From assembly GCA_964577595.1 (NCBI GenBank), contig CAZNZK010000001.1:1434-65433 (forward strand): a DNA stretch of 64,000 nucleotides, read 5' to 3'. The position numbers were made by a program, and so were the translations under genes. The notes under the pieces were generated by a model, which did not search any database, was not told the DNA's origin, and saw nothing but the letters and a program-made list of their open reading frames with translations. The DNA is from an uncultured Candidatus Saccharibacteria bacterium (GTDB lineage Bacteria; Patescibacteriota; Minisyncoccia; Phycocordibacterales; JAKAEA01). Each line of letters starts with the position of its first letter. Within the stretch, counting starts at the first letter, position 1. Shown here one piece after another: positions 37,352 through 46,640 of this stretch.

Positions 37352-38500
37352 ATGAAATACCGTTTTTCTGCTTTCTCTTTTTGTGTAGTTGTTTTTGTTT
37401 TTTGCACGCCCCCTCACGTATTTGCCGCTACTGCTCAAAGCGTGTGCGTTAGTTTGTCGGTAGGTAGTACTACCGACGCGGGTGACAATTGCTCGCCGCC
37501 GGTAGCCACGTCCACACCAACCACCACACCAACCACCACGCCGGCAACACCGCCCAGTCCATCAACCGTCACCTCGCCAAGCGCGCTTGCTGGCCCGGCA
37601 ATCATCCCCAACGTTAGTGACATCACTGTGGGCTACCAGGGCAATTCGGTGGTTATCAATTGGCATAATCCAACCGACGCGGCACATTTTTCTGGCGTGC
37701 GCATCGTGCGCTCGTCCTACACCGTGCCGCTCGATCAGTTTTCTGGGAAGGTCGTGTATCAAGGTTCCGGCACGTACGCGCTTGATACGGGTGGCATTCC
37801 CGGCACGGTCTATTACTACACCGCTTTCAGTTATGACGCGGTGGGGAATTATTCCTCAGGCGCTGTCTTTTTTGCCGTCTGGCCGAGCGTCGCCCTGCCG
37901 GTAGTGCCGCAATCGCCTAATCAAACTCAAAATCAATTTCCGGTGCAGTCAGTTTTTCCGCCGCTCTTTCCGCAGACAACAAGCTCGTCGTCGCCGCTGT
38001 TACCAAGCACGGGGGGTCGGCAGCTAATTTTTTCGCTAACAGATATCTCATTCATTCAGGACGGTCGCGTGCTTCTTTTAGCGAATAGCACAATTACAGC
38101 CGACGGCACCATGCCGCTCGTTGTGGCAGTTGCCGACAGTGCTGTCGCTAGAAAAATTTCCGGTGGTTTAGCACGGGCAATGATCGCGATAAATATTCTT
38201 GGTCATGAAAGTGCCTATTTGTTGCGCGAGAGCGCGGCCGACCAGGCTTCAGAAGCTCGTCTGGACTTAACAACGGTGCCAGCCGGCGGTTATCCTTTTG
38301 TGGTGGAATTTTGGCCGAATAGGGGAGAGCCTTTCGCCGTTTCCGGTACTCTTGTGGTTACTGGTTCGTCCACTTCAACTGGTATTTTAGGTACTGGTAT
38401 AAGCTTCGCTCAGCTAGGGAAGTTACTCATCTTGCTTGCCCTATTTTCCATTTTTATTTTACTCATTCATCGCGCCCGCCGTCACCAAAACCAGGGCTAA
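37352..38500 (+). CDS. Surface protein with a signal peptide, TPTTTPTTTP linker, fibronectin-III-like domain and a C-terminal TM anchor
   Basis: The Fn3-like segment is GYQGNSVVINWHNPTDAAHFSGVRIVRSSYTVP...GTVYYYTAFSYDAVGN. The C-terminus is LLILLALFSIFILLIHRARRHQ. Confidence 0.7.
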   Translation: MKYRFSAFSFCVVVFVFCTPPHVFAATAQSVCVSLSVGSTTDAGDNCSPPVATSTPTTTPTTTPATPPSPSTVTSPSALAGPAIIPNVSDITVGYQGNSVVINWHNPTDAAHFSGVRIVRSSYTVPLDQFSGKVVYQGSGTYALDTGGIPGTVYYYTAFSYDAVGNYSSGAVFFAVWPSVALPVVPQSPNQTQNQFPVQSVFPPLFPQTTSSSSPLLPSTGGRQLIFSLTDISFIQDGRVLLLANSTITADGTMPLVVAVADSAVARKISGGLARAMIAINILGHESAYLLRESAADQASEARLDLTTVPAGGYPFVVEFWPNRGEPFAVSGTLVVTGSSTSTGILGTGISFAQLGKLLILLALFSIFILLIHRARRHQNQG

Positions 38501-38597
38501 GTCTCGTTAGCAACAATTCAAAAAACACCCCCATATAGTTAGCCATATTTTTGCTGGCTTTTCCCCACGTACCTGGGGATTTCCTGTGTTTATGTCA

Positions 38598-38667
38598 CCT
38601 CGGCTAAGGTATAATTAGCCTTATAAATAAAGGTTTTTTCCTTGCCGAGGTACCTCGGCAAGCCGAG
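38598..38667 (+). promoter_or_regulatory. Promoter and operator region: TATAAT at 38610-38615; perfect 22-bp palindrome CTTGCCGAGGTACCTCGGCAAG at 38641-38662; extra half-sites CCTCGGC at 38598 and GCCGAG at 38662
   Basis: Read directly from the sequence. It is located between the -10 box and the ATG of the HTH gene. Confidence 0.55.
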
Positions 38668-38679
38668 AAAGCCAACGAA

Positions 38680-39108
38680 ATGGAAATTTTGCAAGATTTT
38701 ATTACGGCAGGTCAGGCGGCGAAGCTCGCTGGCTATAACCCTGATTACGTCAGTCAGCTCATTCGCGCCGGAAAAATTCGCGGAAAAAAAGTCGGTAAAA
38801 ACTGGGTAACAACCCGCCATGAATTAAGCCGCTACATACAAGTAGTAGGTGGTAAGCCTTTGCCGATTATTGGCTCCGGTCAGTCGGGTAGCCGCCGTCG
38901 CAATTGGCGCGGCCGTTTCGTGAGCCCGCTGTTTGTCATTGTGGCCGCTTTCATCGCGGGCTTTTTGGCCTTGGTCGGTTTCGGTGTGTATGCGTCCATT
39001 TACAACCAGGCTTTGAGTTCTGCACAAAACGGCTCACAGGCTTCTTCTACGATGACTGGATCAACGGCCGCCGCGGGCAACATTGTCACTAGCTTGCCGC
39101 AGCTATAA
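38680..39108 (+). CDS. Membrane-anchored helix-turn-helix protein (excisionase/MerR-like HTH_17-type N-terminal domain plus one TM helix)
   Basis: The HTH region is ITAGQAAKLAGYNPDYVSQLIRAGKIRGKKVGKNWV. The TM helix is FVSPLFVIVAAFIAGFLALVGFGVYA. Confidence 0.7.
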   Translation: MEILQDFITAGQAAKLAGYNPDYVSQLIRAGKIRGKKVGKNWVTTRHELSRYIQVVGGKPLPIIGSGQSGSRRRNWRGRFVSPLFVIVAAFIAGFLALVGFGVYASIYNQALSSAQNGSQASSTMTGSTAAAGNIVTSLPQL

Positions 39109-39113
39109 AAATC

Positions 39114-42100
39114 ATGTTCTCCCGCAACAACCAACCGAACAAGATTTTCAAAACAACACTCGTGGTGTTGGCGGTGCTTGTTGCGGCCGTAACCCTTTCC
39201 CTCGCCAGCTTCTTCACGGTTGCTCGCGCCGCTATCAACCCGGAAATTAATTACCAAGGCAAACTCACCACTAACACCGGCACGCTCGTTCCGAACGGTT
39301 CCTACAACGTTGAATTCAAACTCTACACCAACACCGGCACGAACATTTGGACGGAAGATGATCTTGTTTTCAACAGTCAGGGCGTTAGCATTACTAGCGG
39401 GCTTTTCAGCATTATGCTCGGCTCCACCACCGCGTTCACCGGCGTCAACTGGAATCAGACACTCTACCTCGGCGTCAATATCGGTAGCACCACTACCAGC
39501 CCCACCTGGGACGGCGAAATGACGCCGCGCAAAATTCTCGGCACTGTGCCAGCTGCATTTGTGGCACAAACACTTAATGGTCTTTCTTCCAGCGAATTCA
39601 TGCGTTCCGATGCTACCAACTCCACTTCCACCGCGAGCACATTCTTCTCCGTAACCCAAAGCGGTGCCGGTGACATTGCGGATTTTATTGGTCAAAACAG
39701 CGCGCCGGTGCTTTACCTCCAGTCCGGCGGCAGTGTTGGCATCGGCACCTCGTCGCCCTGGACTGCGCTTTCCGTGAAAGGCGCCAGTGACCTCGGTAAT
39801 TTTGCTCAAGCCGGCTACTTCGTTGGCACCACTACCGCAACATCAACCCTCGCTGGGGGCTTGCAAGCACTCGCGCTTAACATCACTTCTTCCACGGCTA
39901 GTTCCACATTTGGTAACGGTATCAATTTAGCGAAAGGTTGCTTCTCAGTCGCTGGTACTTGTCTTACTCAGTCTGCCAACTACTGGACTTCTGCTGGCGG
40001 CAACATCTACAACAACACCGGCACCAATGTTGGCATCGGCACCACTACACCGAATTGGAATTTGCAGGTAGCAGGCCAGAGCCCGGTGATCGCCCTCACC
40101 GACACTGGCGCGCCCGCTAATCAACAACACTGGTTCCTGGAAAGTCAGAATGGGGGATTCACTATTGGCACGAGTAGTAATAATCTCTCAGCCACCACCA
40201 CGTATTTGCGTTTTGACAATACAGCCAGCCGCAACAACACAGCTGTTGGCTTCACCGCGCTTTCGGCGGTGACCACCGGTTCGGCCAACGTTGCTCTCGG
40301 TTATCAGGCGGGTCAAGCTGTCACTGGTGCTTTTGATCAGACGCTTGTGGGTTATCAAGCTGGTTACAACACCACCAATAACACTAGTCAGCAGAATACT
40401 TTCCTTGGCTATCAGTCAGGTTTCAATAACACGACGGGTGCTTACAACACGGCTGTTGGCTCTGCCGCTTTTGCCGCCGGTTCCACTGGCAGTTACAACG
40501 TCCTTGTCGGCGCCAGCGCCGGCTACGGTTTTGCTACGTCTGGCTCCAATTCAAATAACGTCATTATCGGCTACAACGCTGTCGGCGGCGCGGCCGCGGC
40601 TTCCACGGGTAACGATACCGTTGTCGGTTATCAAGCTGGTTATACTCTCAATGGCGGCAACAACAACACGTTGTATGGTTTTCAAACTGGATACGGCCTT
40701 TCAAGCGGCGCGAATAATATTTTCCTTGGCTATCAAACCGCTTCCACCACAAGTAGTGGTTCCAATAATATTGCCATCGGGTATAACATTAATTTACCGA
40801 GCGTTAATGGTTCCAATCAATTAAATATTGGCAATATTTTGTACGGTACAGGGTTGACTGGCTCCCTCACCACTTCTGCTGGCGCCATTGGTGTCGGCAC
40901 GAGTAGCCCATGGGCAACACTTTCTGTGCAGGGTCCGGCGCAAAGCACGAGCCCTCTTTTTGCCATCGGCTCCACCACGAACGCAACTCTCTTCGCTATT
41001 CTGGCTAACGGCTTTGTCGGCATCGGCACGAGCACGCCGGCCAGCGAATTAGCGGTGAGCGGCAATGTTTCCATAAAAGAAACCGCAAATAACAACAACT
41101 GGCTTACGCTTTACAACGCTATTGGTAGCACCACTGGCATTATTCGCGAAAATAGCGGCTCTGGCTCCGGTGGCATTTCAATCCAAGGATTCCGTTCCGG
41201 TGGCAATGGTCAGGCCTTGGCTTTTTACGGCAAAGTACTCAAAGATGACGGCACTGAAGTAGCCGGATCTCTGTTTGATGTTATGCAAGGCACTACGGCT
41301 GTCGGCACTACTGGCAACAATGTCACCAACACCCCGATTGCCGCATTTTGTAATAATTACGAAGGCGGTCTCTTCAGTGCCACCACCACCTGTAAAGTTA
41401 TCTTCAGTGCCGCTGGCAACGTCGGCATCGGCACCACCTCGCCCTGGACTACGCTCTCCGTCAACGGCTCAAGTGACCTCGGCAACTTCGCCCAAGCTGG
41501 CTACTTCATTGGCACCACTACAGCAACGTCAACTCTCGCTGGTGGCTTGCAAGCACTCGCGCTCAACATTACCTCAACAACCGCGAGCTCAACCTTTGCC
41601 AACGGCATCAACCTCGCCAAAGGTTGCTACGCTATCGGTGGTAGTTGTTTGAACGTCAACAACTTCTGGACATCGCTCAGCGGCAATATCTACAACAACA
41701 CCGGCACTAACGTTGGTATTGGTACTAGCACACCGAATGCCTCGCTCTTTGTCACCACGGCTGGTCAGCAAAACGGTAGCTCGCCGCTCTTTACTGTGGC
41801 TTCTACCACTGGCGCCTCACTTTTCACCGTGCTTGCCAACGGCAATGTTGGCGTTGGCACCAGCTCTCCATATGGCGCGCTCGGTATGAATGGCACGGTA
41901 GATGCCACGGCCTTCATCGGTAATGGCGCTGGCCTCACGCAGCTTACCGCCGCTGGCTCGTTGGGCGGTATACAATTTAATGACACCCTCATTCTTAATT
42001 CGGACACTATCAACCAGCCGGGTATTAATGACTCTAGTTACAACGTCACTTCTTTTGTTGTTGCGCACGGTTCCCGCTTCAGTATTGGTAACATAGTTAA

Positions 42101-45100
42101 GCAAGAAGCCAGTACTCCAGAATTAATGCTGGTTACGGCCGTTAGTGGCAACACACTCACGGTCTTCAGGAATTATCCAACGGGAGCTTACCCAACGGGT
42201 CGCTCCCAGCTCCTGAATAACGAAGTGTTGGATATCGTCGCACTTAATCAATTTAATTCCGATGCTACGCTTACGTGGGATAATATCAATAAGCGCTTGG
42301 GCGTTGGCACGACCACATTTAGTGGTAACACCATTTTGGCTATCGGCGGTGTAGCGGCCAATAACAATATTGGTTTGAGTCTGGAGGATGGAGGTGTCTC
42401 ACAAGGGTCACTCGTGCTTGATAACACTGATCAGGTTCTGCTTAGTGCTACGAACGGCTCAGGTTACAACAACATTATTCTTAGCGGTGCGAATATTACT
42501 CTGAATGGAGGCCTCAATTCTGCCACCCTTGATCAAAACGGCACCTTTAATGTCGGCGACCTAGTTGACGGTGGCCAAATCACCGTTGGCGGTGCTACGG
42601 GTGTTGGCGCAACGCTTACCGCAACCGAATTAACTTTGGGGGTTGACGATACAATTACTGCGAATGCTGGCTTTGATGGGGGGCTACTCTTTAATAACGA
42701 CAATACTACTGGTTATCAGTGGGAGTCTAATAATCTTTCCATCGCCACACTTGGTTCTACCGGCAATCTTGCCGCCTCTGGCACCATCGCCGTGCAGGGC
42801 ACTGGCACGAGCACGTTTGCTGGCGGCCTCGCCGCAAACATTTTTAACGCTACTTCTGCGACCGCAAGTTCCACCTTTGCCAACGGCATCAACTTAAAGA
42901 ATGGTTGCTACGCCATCAGTGGCGCTTGTATCGGCACCGGCGCGGCAACACTCACTGGCGGCGTGGCTGGCGCGCTCACGTATTGGACGGGTTCTGGCAC
43001 TGTGGGCGCCACCACATCGCCAACGTTTAATGCTTTCTATGCCACCTCAACCACGGCCACCTCCACCATCGCTGGTGCCCTCACTATTGGCTCGACCAAT
43101 ACCAACATCTACCCCAACGCGCCACTTATTCTGACAGGCAACGTCAATAATGCCAGCCAGTTTGTAATGCAAAATTTGAGCAATGGCAGCAATGCCTCGG
43201 CCGATTTGATCGTGGGTGCTGACCTCATGAACAACAGCTCGTATTACGGCGACCTTGGTTACAACAGCTCTGCTAACACTGCTAGCGCGTACACTGGCTT
43301 TGCCGCTAACGACCTCTATCTCTATTCCAGTGACAGTAATCTTGACTTGGCCGCCGCAAGCACTACCGGCCCCGCCAGTATCAACTTCCTCACGGGCGGC
43401 ACTTTGGCGGCGAATGTCCGCATGACCATTGGCAATACCGGTAACGTCGGCATCGGCACTACGAGCCCCTACGCCCGCCTCTCTGTGTGGGGAGCAAACG
43501 CTCTTTCCGGCAGTAATCTTTTCCTGCTTGCCAACAATGCTTCAACGACACTCTTCGCGGTTGATGGCGCCGGCAACGTAAACATTCCTGTGGCGACTGC
43601 CACCACCACTATCGCTGGCGGCTTTGATGTCGGCAACGGCTCGCTCCACTATGAATCGTCCACCGGTCAAACTAATATCAGCAATCTCCAGATAGGGGCT
43701 CTTTCATTCCCGAGCGATTCCGGTGTGCTCACTTGGGCCGACATGCCGGTGACCACGGCTTCAGCCATGGGCACGCTGGAAAGTTACAGTGCTAACATTG
43801 ATGGTAGTGTTCTTTTGACAATTGCGGCGCAGGCAGATGGCTTGGGCGGTATCCAAAACGCCGGTATCGGTATCGGTACGACGAGCCCGATGGCCACCTT
43901 AGCCGTTCAGGGGTTGACCGGTACCACAACGCCGTATCTTTTTGCCGTTGCTAGTTCCACGGGGCAAACATACTTAACTATTGATAATAACGGCACTACT
44001 ACAATTCGGGGAAACTTGGTTGTCTACGGTAATATCGTTCCAGGAAACACGGATACGTATAGTCTTGGTACGGCTTCTTCTACGACGGAATGGAAGAGTT
44101 TGTACGTGGCAACCTCAACGATTTATTTGGGTGGGACGGCCGTAAGTATCAGTAATGGTAGTTTGCTCGTGGGCGGTAATCCGGTGACTGGCGGCGGAGC
44201 CACCACTGAGAAATGGGCAACATCTACCGATCTCACCTCTATATATACCAATACCGCCACCAAAATTGGCATCGGCACGTCGTCGCCTTGGGCAACCCTA
44301 TCCATCACCGGTTCTTCCGATCTTGGTAACTTTGCTCAGGCTGGATACTTCACAGCAACAAGCACGACTGGCACTAGCTATTTCGCGGGCAAGGTTGGTG
44401 TTGCTTCCAGTACTCCTTACGCGAATCTCTCCGTTTCCAGTCTTTCTCAACAAGTTGGCACTTTGCCGCTCTTCCAGGTTGGTAGCACCACTAACGCTTC
44501 GCTCTTTAATGTTCTTGGCAACGGCAATGTCGGCATTGGCACCACTTCACCGTATTCATTCCTTTCAATTCAGACGCCATCCAGTTTTGCCGGTCAGATT
44601 ATTGATATCTCCACCAGTGCTGGCGCGTCACTTCTCCATCTAACGAACGCTGGTAATCTTGGCCTTGGCACCACTTCGCCGTGGAGCACCTTCTCCGTCA
44701 AAGGCTCTTCCGACCTCGGCAACTCCGCTTTGGCCGGCTACTTCACGGGCACCAGCACAGCAACCAGCACGTTCACCGGTGGCCTCGCCGCAAACATCTT
44801 CAACGCTACTTCTGCGACCGCCTCTTCCACCTTCGCCAACGGCATCAACCTTACGAACGGTTGCTACGCCATTGCGGGCACTTGTTCCACTATTGGTTCC
44901 GGCTCTGCTGGCTGGTTGTCATATTACGCCGGTACTGGCCAGGCGCTTACCGCCACCTCTTCCATCTTCCTTGCTACTAGCGGCAACGTTGGTGTCGGTT
45001 CTACCACGCCCTATGCCACGCTTTCCGTTTCCACCCCTGGCCAACAAATTGGCACCCTGCCGCTCTTCCAGGTCGCCTCAACCACCAAGGCCGCCATCTT

Positions 45101-46640
45101 CAGTGTCTTTGGCAACGGTCTTGTTGGCATCGGTAGTAGCACGCCATGGGCATCGCTCGGTATCTCTACACTCGCCCAGCAAGCTGGCACGCTGCCGCTC
45201 TTTAGTGTGGCTTCTACGACAGGCGCACAAATCTTCACGGTTACGGGCAACGGCACGTTTACCTATGGTGTCAACTCAACGTCCACCATTCCTAACAACA
45301 CTACTGGCGCTTGGATAATTTCTACCTCAACAGCCGCCAATGCCACACCGCTCTTTAGGATTGATACAACGACCAATGCTGAAAAAATTGTCCTCGGCAC
45401 AGCCTCGAGTAGCGACGTGATTATTGGCGATAACGGCATTTCACCCAACCTCGTCTTCTACAACAGTGGCACTATCAAGGGCTTTACCAGCGGCGGTTCA
45501 ACCATCACACTCGGTTCCGGCAACGACATCATCAACTCCGCGGTCAAATTCGGCATCGGTTCTACCAGCCCGTGGCGCGCACTTTCCGTTAACGGCACGG
45601 CCGCCTTTACCGGTCTTACATCTTCGGTTACTGGCACTGCGGTATGTATCGCCGCCGGCACGGGTGAGCTCTTGAACTCTGGCGGCTCTAGCTGTACGCC
45701 GTCATCAATTCGTTTCAAAGAAAACGTCAACACACTAAGTCCGGGCTTTGCTCTTAATGAGCTTGATGAATTACGCGTGGTCTCTTTTGATTACAAGCCC
45801 GGCGATTATCCTACGTGGGATAGCCCGCATTCTTACGGTATGATTGCTGAAGAGGTTCAGCAGATTGACCCAACCTTGGTAGATTATGGTAGCGATGGTC
45901 AGCCCTTCTCCTTGCGCTTTGAAAAAATCACCGGTCTTACTGTGCAAGCCATTCAGGAATTGAATTTGAATTTGGAGACAATCGCTTCCACTACTGCAAG
46001 CACGACGCCGGAATCACAAGGTTTTGCCAGCGCCTTCTTCGGTAATTTGTTCCACCAAATCAGCACCTGGCTGGCCAGCACCACTAACGGCATCAGCGAC
46101 CTCTATGCCACTGTCTTCCATAGTAATGAAGTAGATACTAACAAGCTTTGCGTTGGCACAACCTGCGTTACGCAACAGCAATTTATGGCGATGGTAAATG
46201 CTTCAGTCAATAATGGGGGAGGTTCGTCTGGTACCACTTTTAGCGGATCTAGCGTCGGCACCGGTAGTACAAGTGGAACAACGGGTGGCACTACTACGAC
46301 AGCTGGCACCACAACCACGGCCACGAGTACCGACACAACCACGAGTTCGGGTACTGGTTCGGACACGGCCACAACCACTCCCGTGACCACGACAGGTGGG
46401 GGTGATTCTGGCACGACATCCGCCACAACAACCGATACTACAACTAACACAACAACCGGCGACACGAATACTAATCCGGCTACGCCGACTACCGATACAA
46501 CCACCACAAGCACCGACACCACATCCACCACTAATACAACCAGCTCAACTGACACCACGAGCGCAACCGATGCGTCCACACCAGCGCCAACAACTCCCGC
46601 GCCCAGTTCTGACACAACGAGCCCAACCACGACACCATAA
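39114..46640 (+). CDS. Giant (2508 aa) tail-fibre-like surface protein: signal anchor, conserved N-terminal INYQGKLT module, many repeats of the (N)VGIGT(T/S)SP(W/Y)..LSV type, a C-terminal peptidase-S74-like intramolecular chaperone (CIMCD) domain, then a ~140-aa Thr-rich tail
   Basis: The N-terminal TM helix is followed by AINPEINYQGKLTTNTGTLVPNGSYNVEFKLY. The repeat unit ...GIGTSSPWT.LSV.G.SDLGNFAQAGYF.GTTTATST... recurs. A Ser-Lys dyad, SSIRFK, is encoded at 45702-45719. The region around that dyad through DELRVVSFDYKPGDY...GMIAEEVQQIDP resembles the endosialidase CIMCD. The T-rich tail spans about 46210-46637. Confidence 0.9.
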   Translation: MFSRNNQPNKIFKTTLVVLAVLVAAVTLSLASFFTVARAAINPEINYQGKLTTNTGTLVPNGSYNVEFKLYTNTGTNIWTEDDLVFNSQGVSITSGLFSIMLGSTTAFTGVNWNQTLYLGVNIGSTTTSPTWDGEMTPRKILGTVPAAFVAQTLNGLSSSEFMRSDATNSTSTASTFFSVTQSGAGDIADFIGQNSAPVLYLQSGGSVGIGTSSPWTALSVKGASDLGNFAQAGYFVGTTTATSTLAGGLQALALNITSSTASSTFGNGINLAKGCFSVAGTCLTQSANYWTSAGGNIYNNTGTNVGIGTTTPNWNLQVAGQSPVIALTDTGAPANQQHWFLESQNGGFTIGTSSNNLSATTTYLRFDNTASRNNTAVGFTALSAVTTGSANVALGYQAGQAVTGAFDQTLVGYQAGYNTTNNTSQQNTFLGYQSGFNNTTGAYNTAVGSAAFAAGSTGSYNVLVGASAGYGFATSGSNSNNVIIGYNAVGGAAAASTGNDTVVGYQAGYTLNGGNNNTLYGFQTGYGLSSGANNIFLGYQTASTTSSGSNNIAIGYNINLPSVNGSNQLNIGNILYGTGLTGSLTTSAGAIGVGTSSPWATLSVQGPAQSTSPLFAIGSTTNATLFAILANGFVGIGTSTPASELAVSGNVSIKETANNNNWLTLYNAIGSTTGIIRENSGSGSGGISIQGFRSGGNGQALAFYGKVLKDDGTEVAGSLFDVMQGTTAVGTTGNNVTNTPIAAFCNNYEGGLFSATTTCKVIFSAAGNVGIGTTSPWTTLSVNGSSDLGNFAQAGYFIGTTTATSTLAGGLQALALNITSTTASSTFANGINLAKGCYAIGGSCLNVNNFWTSLSGNIYNNTGTNVGIGTSTPNASLFVTTAGQQNGSSPLFTVASTTGASLFTVLANGNVGVGTSSPYGALGMNGTVDATAFIGNGAGLTQLTAAGSLGGIQFNDTLILNSDTINQPGINDSSYNVTSFVVAHGSRFSIGNIVKQEASTPELMLVTAVSGNTLTVFRNYPTGAYPTGRSQLLNNEVLDIVALNQFNSDATLTWDNINKRLGVGTTTFSGNTILAIGGVAANNNIGLSLEDGGVSQGSLVLDNTDQVLLSATNGSGYNNIILSGANITLNGGLNSATLDQNGTFNVGDLVDGGQITVGGATGVGATLTATELTLGVDDTITANAGFDGGLLFNNDNTTGYQWESNNLSIATLGSTGNLAASGTIAVQGTGTSTFAGGLAANIFNATSATASSTFANGINLKNGCYAISGACIGTGAATLTGGVAGALTYWTGSGTVGATTSPTFNAFYATSTTATSTIAGALTIGSTNTNIYPNAPLILTGNVNNASQFVMQNLSNGSNASADLIVGADLMNNSSYYGDLGYNSSANTASAYTGFAANDLYLYSSDSNLDLAAASTTGPASINFLTGGTLAANVRMTIGNTGNVGIGTTSPYARLSVWGANALSGSNLFLLANNASTTLFAVDGAGNVNIPVATATTTIAGGFDVGNGSLHYESSTGQTNISNLQIGALSFPSDSGVLTWADMPVTTASAMGTLESYSANIDGSVLLTIAAQADGLGGIQNAGIGIGTTSPMATLAVQGLTGTTTPYLFAVASSTGQTYLTIDNNGTTTIRGNLVVYGNIVPGNTDTYSLGTASSTTEWKSLYVATSTIYLGGTAVSISNGSLLVGGNPVTGGGATTEKWATSTDLTSIYTNTATKIGIGTSSPWATLSITGSSDLGNFAQAGYFTATSTTGTSYFAGKVGVASSTPYANLSVSSLSQQVGTLPLFQVGSTTNASLFNVLGNGNVGIGTTSPYSFLSIQTPSSFAGQIIDISTSAGASLLHLTNAGNLGLGTTSPWSTFSVKGSSDLGNSALAGYFTGTSTATSTFTGGLAANIFNATSATASSTFANGINLTNGCYAIAGTCSTIGSGSAGWLSYYAGTGQALTATSSIFLATSGNVGVGSTTPYATLSVSTPGQQIGTLPLFQVASTTKAAIFSVFGNGLVGIGSSTPWASLGISTLAQQAGTLPLFSVASTTGAQIFTVTGNGTFTYGVNSTSTIPNNTTGAWIISTSTAANATPLFRIDTTTNAEKIVLGTASSSDVIIGDNGISPNLVFYNSGTIKGFTSGGSTITLGSGNDIINSAVKFGIGSTSPWRALSVNGTAAFTGLTSSVTGTAVCIAAGTGELLNSGGSSCTPSSIRFKENVNTLSPGFALNELDELRVVSFDYKPGDYPTWDSPHSYGMIAEEVQQIDPTLVDYGSDGQPFSLRFEKITGLTVQAIQELNLNLETIASTTASTTPESQGFASAFFGNLFHQISTWLASTTNGISDLYATVFHSNEVDTNKLCVGTTCVTQQQFMAMVNASVNNGGGSSGTTFSGSSVGTGSTSGTTGGTTTTAGTTTTATSTDTTTSSGTGSDTATTTPVTTTGGGDSGTTSATTTDTTTNTTTGDTNTNPATPTTDTTTTSTDTTSTTNTTSSTDTTSATDASTPAPTTPAPSSDTTSPTTTP
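39753..40055 (+). repeat. Intragenic ~300-nt direct repeat, copy 1 (about 85% identical to 41439-41737)
   Basis: Read directly from the sequence. A third, more diverged copy lies at about 44270-44420. Another pair lies at about 42830-42900 and 44770-44860. Confidence 0.7.
41439..41737 (+). repeat. Intragenic ~300-nt direct repeat, copy 2
   Basis: This copy aligns with 39753-40055 nearly codon for codon. Confidence 0.7.

Noticed and set aside
39753-44860. A possible CRISPR array suggested by the regular repeats
   Set aside because: The repeats are about 300 nt long, in frame, diverged at about 85-90% identity, and encode protein repeats. There are no short identical direct repeats with unique spacers, and no cas genes.
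46103-46630. A Val-rich 175-aa minus-strand ORF and the Pro/Arg-rich plus-frame ORFs (e.g. 44659..45318) inside the giant gene
   Set aside because: These are low-complexity mirror-frame artefacts of the Thr-rich (ACC/ACG) tract and the repetitive Gly/Ala-rich coding sequence.
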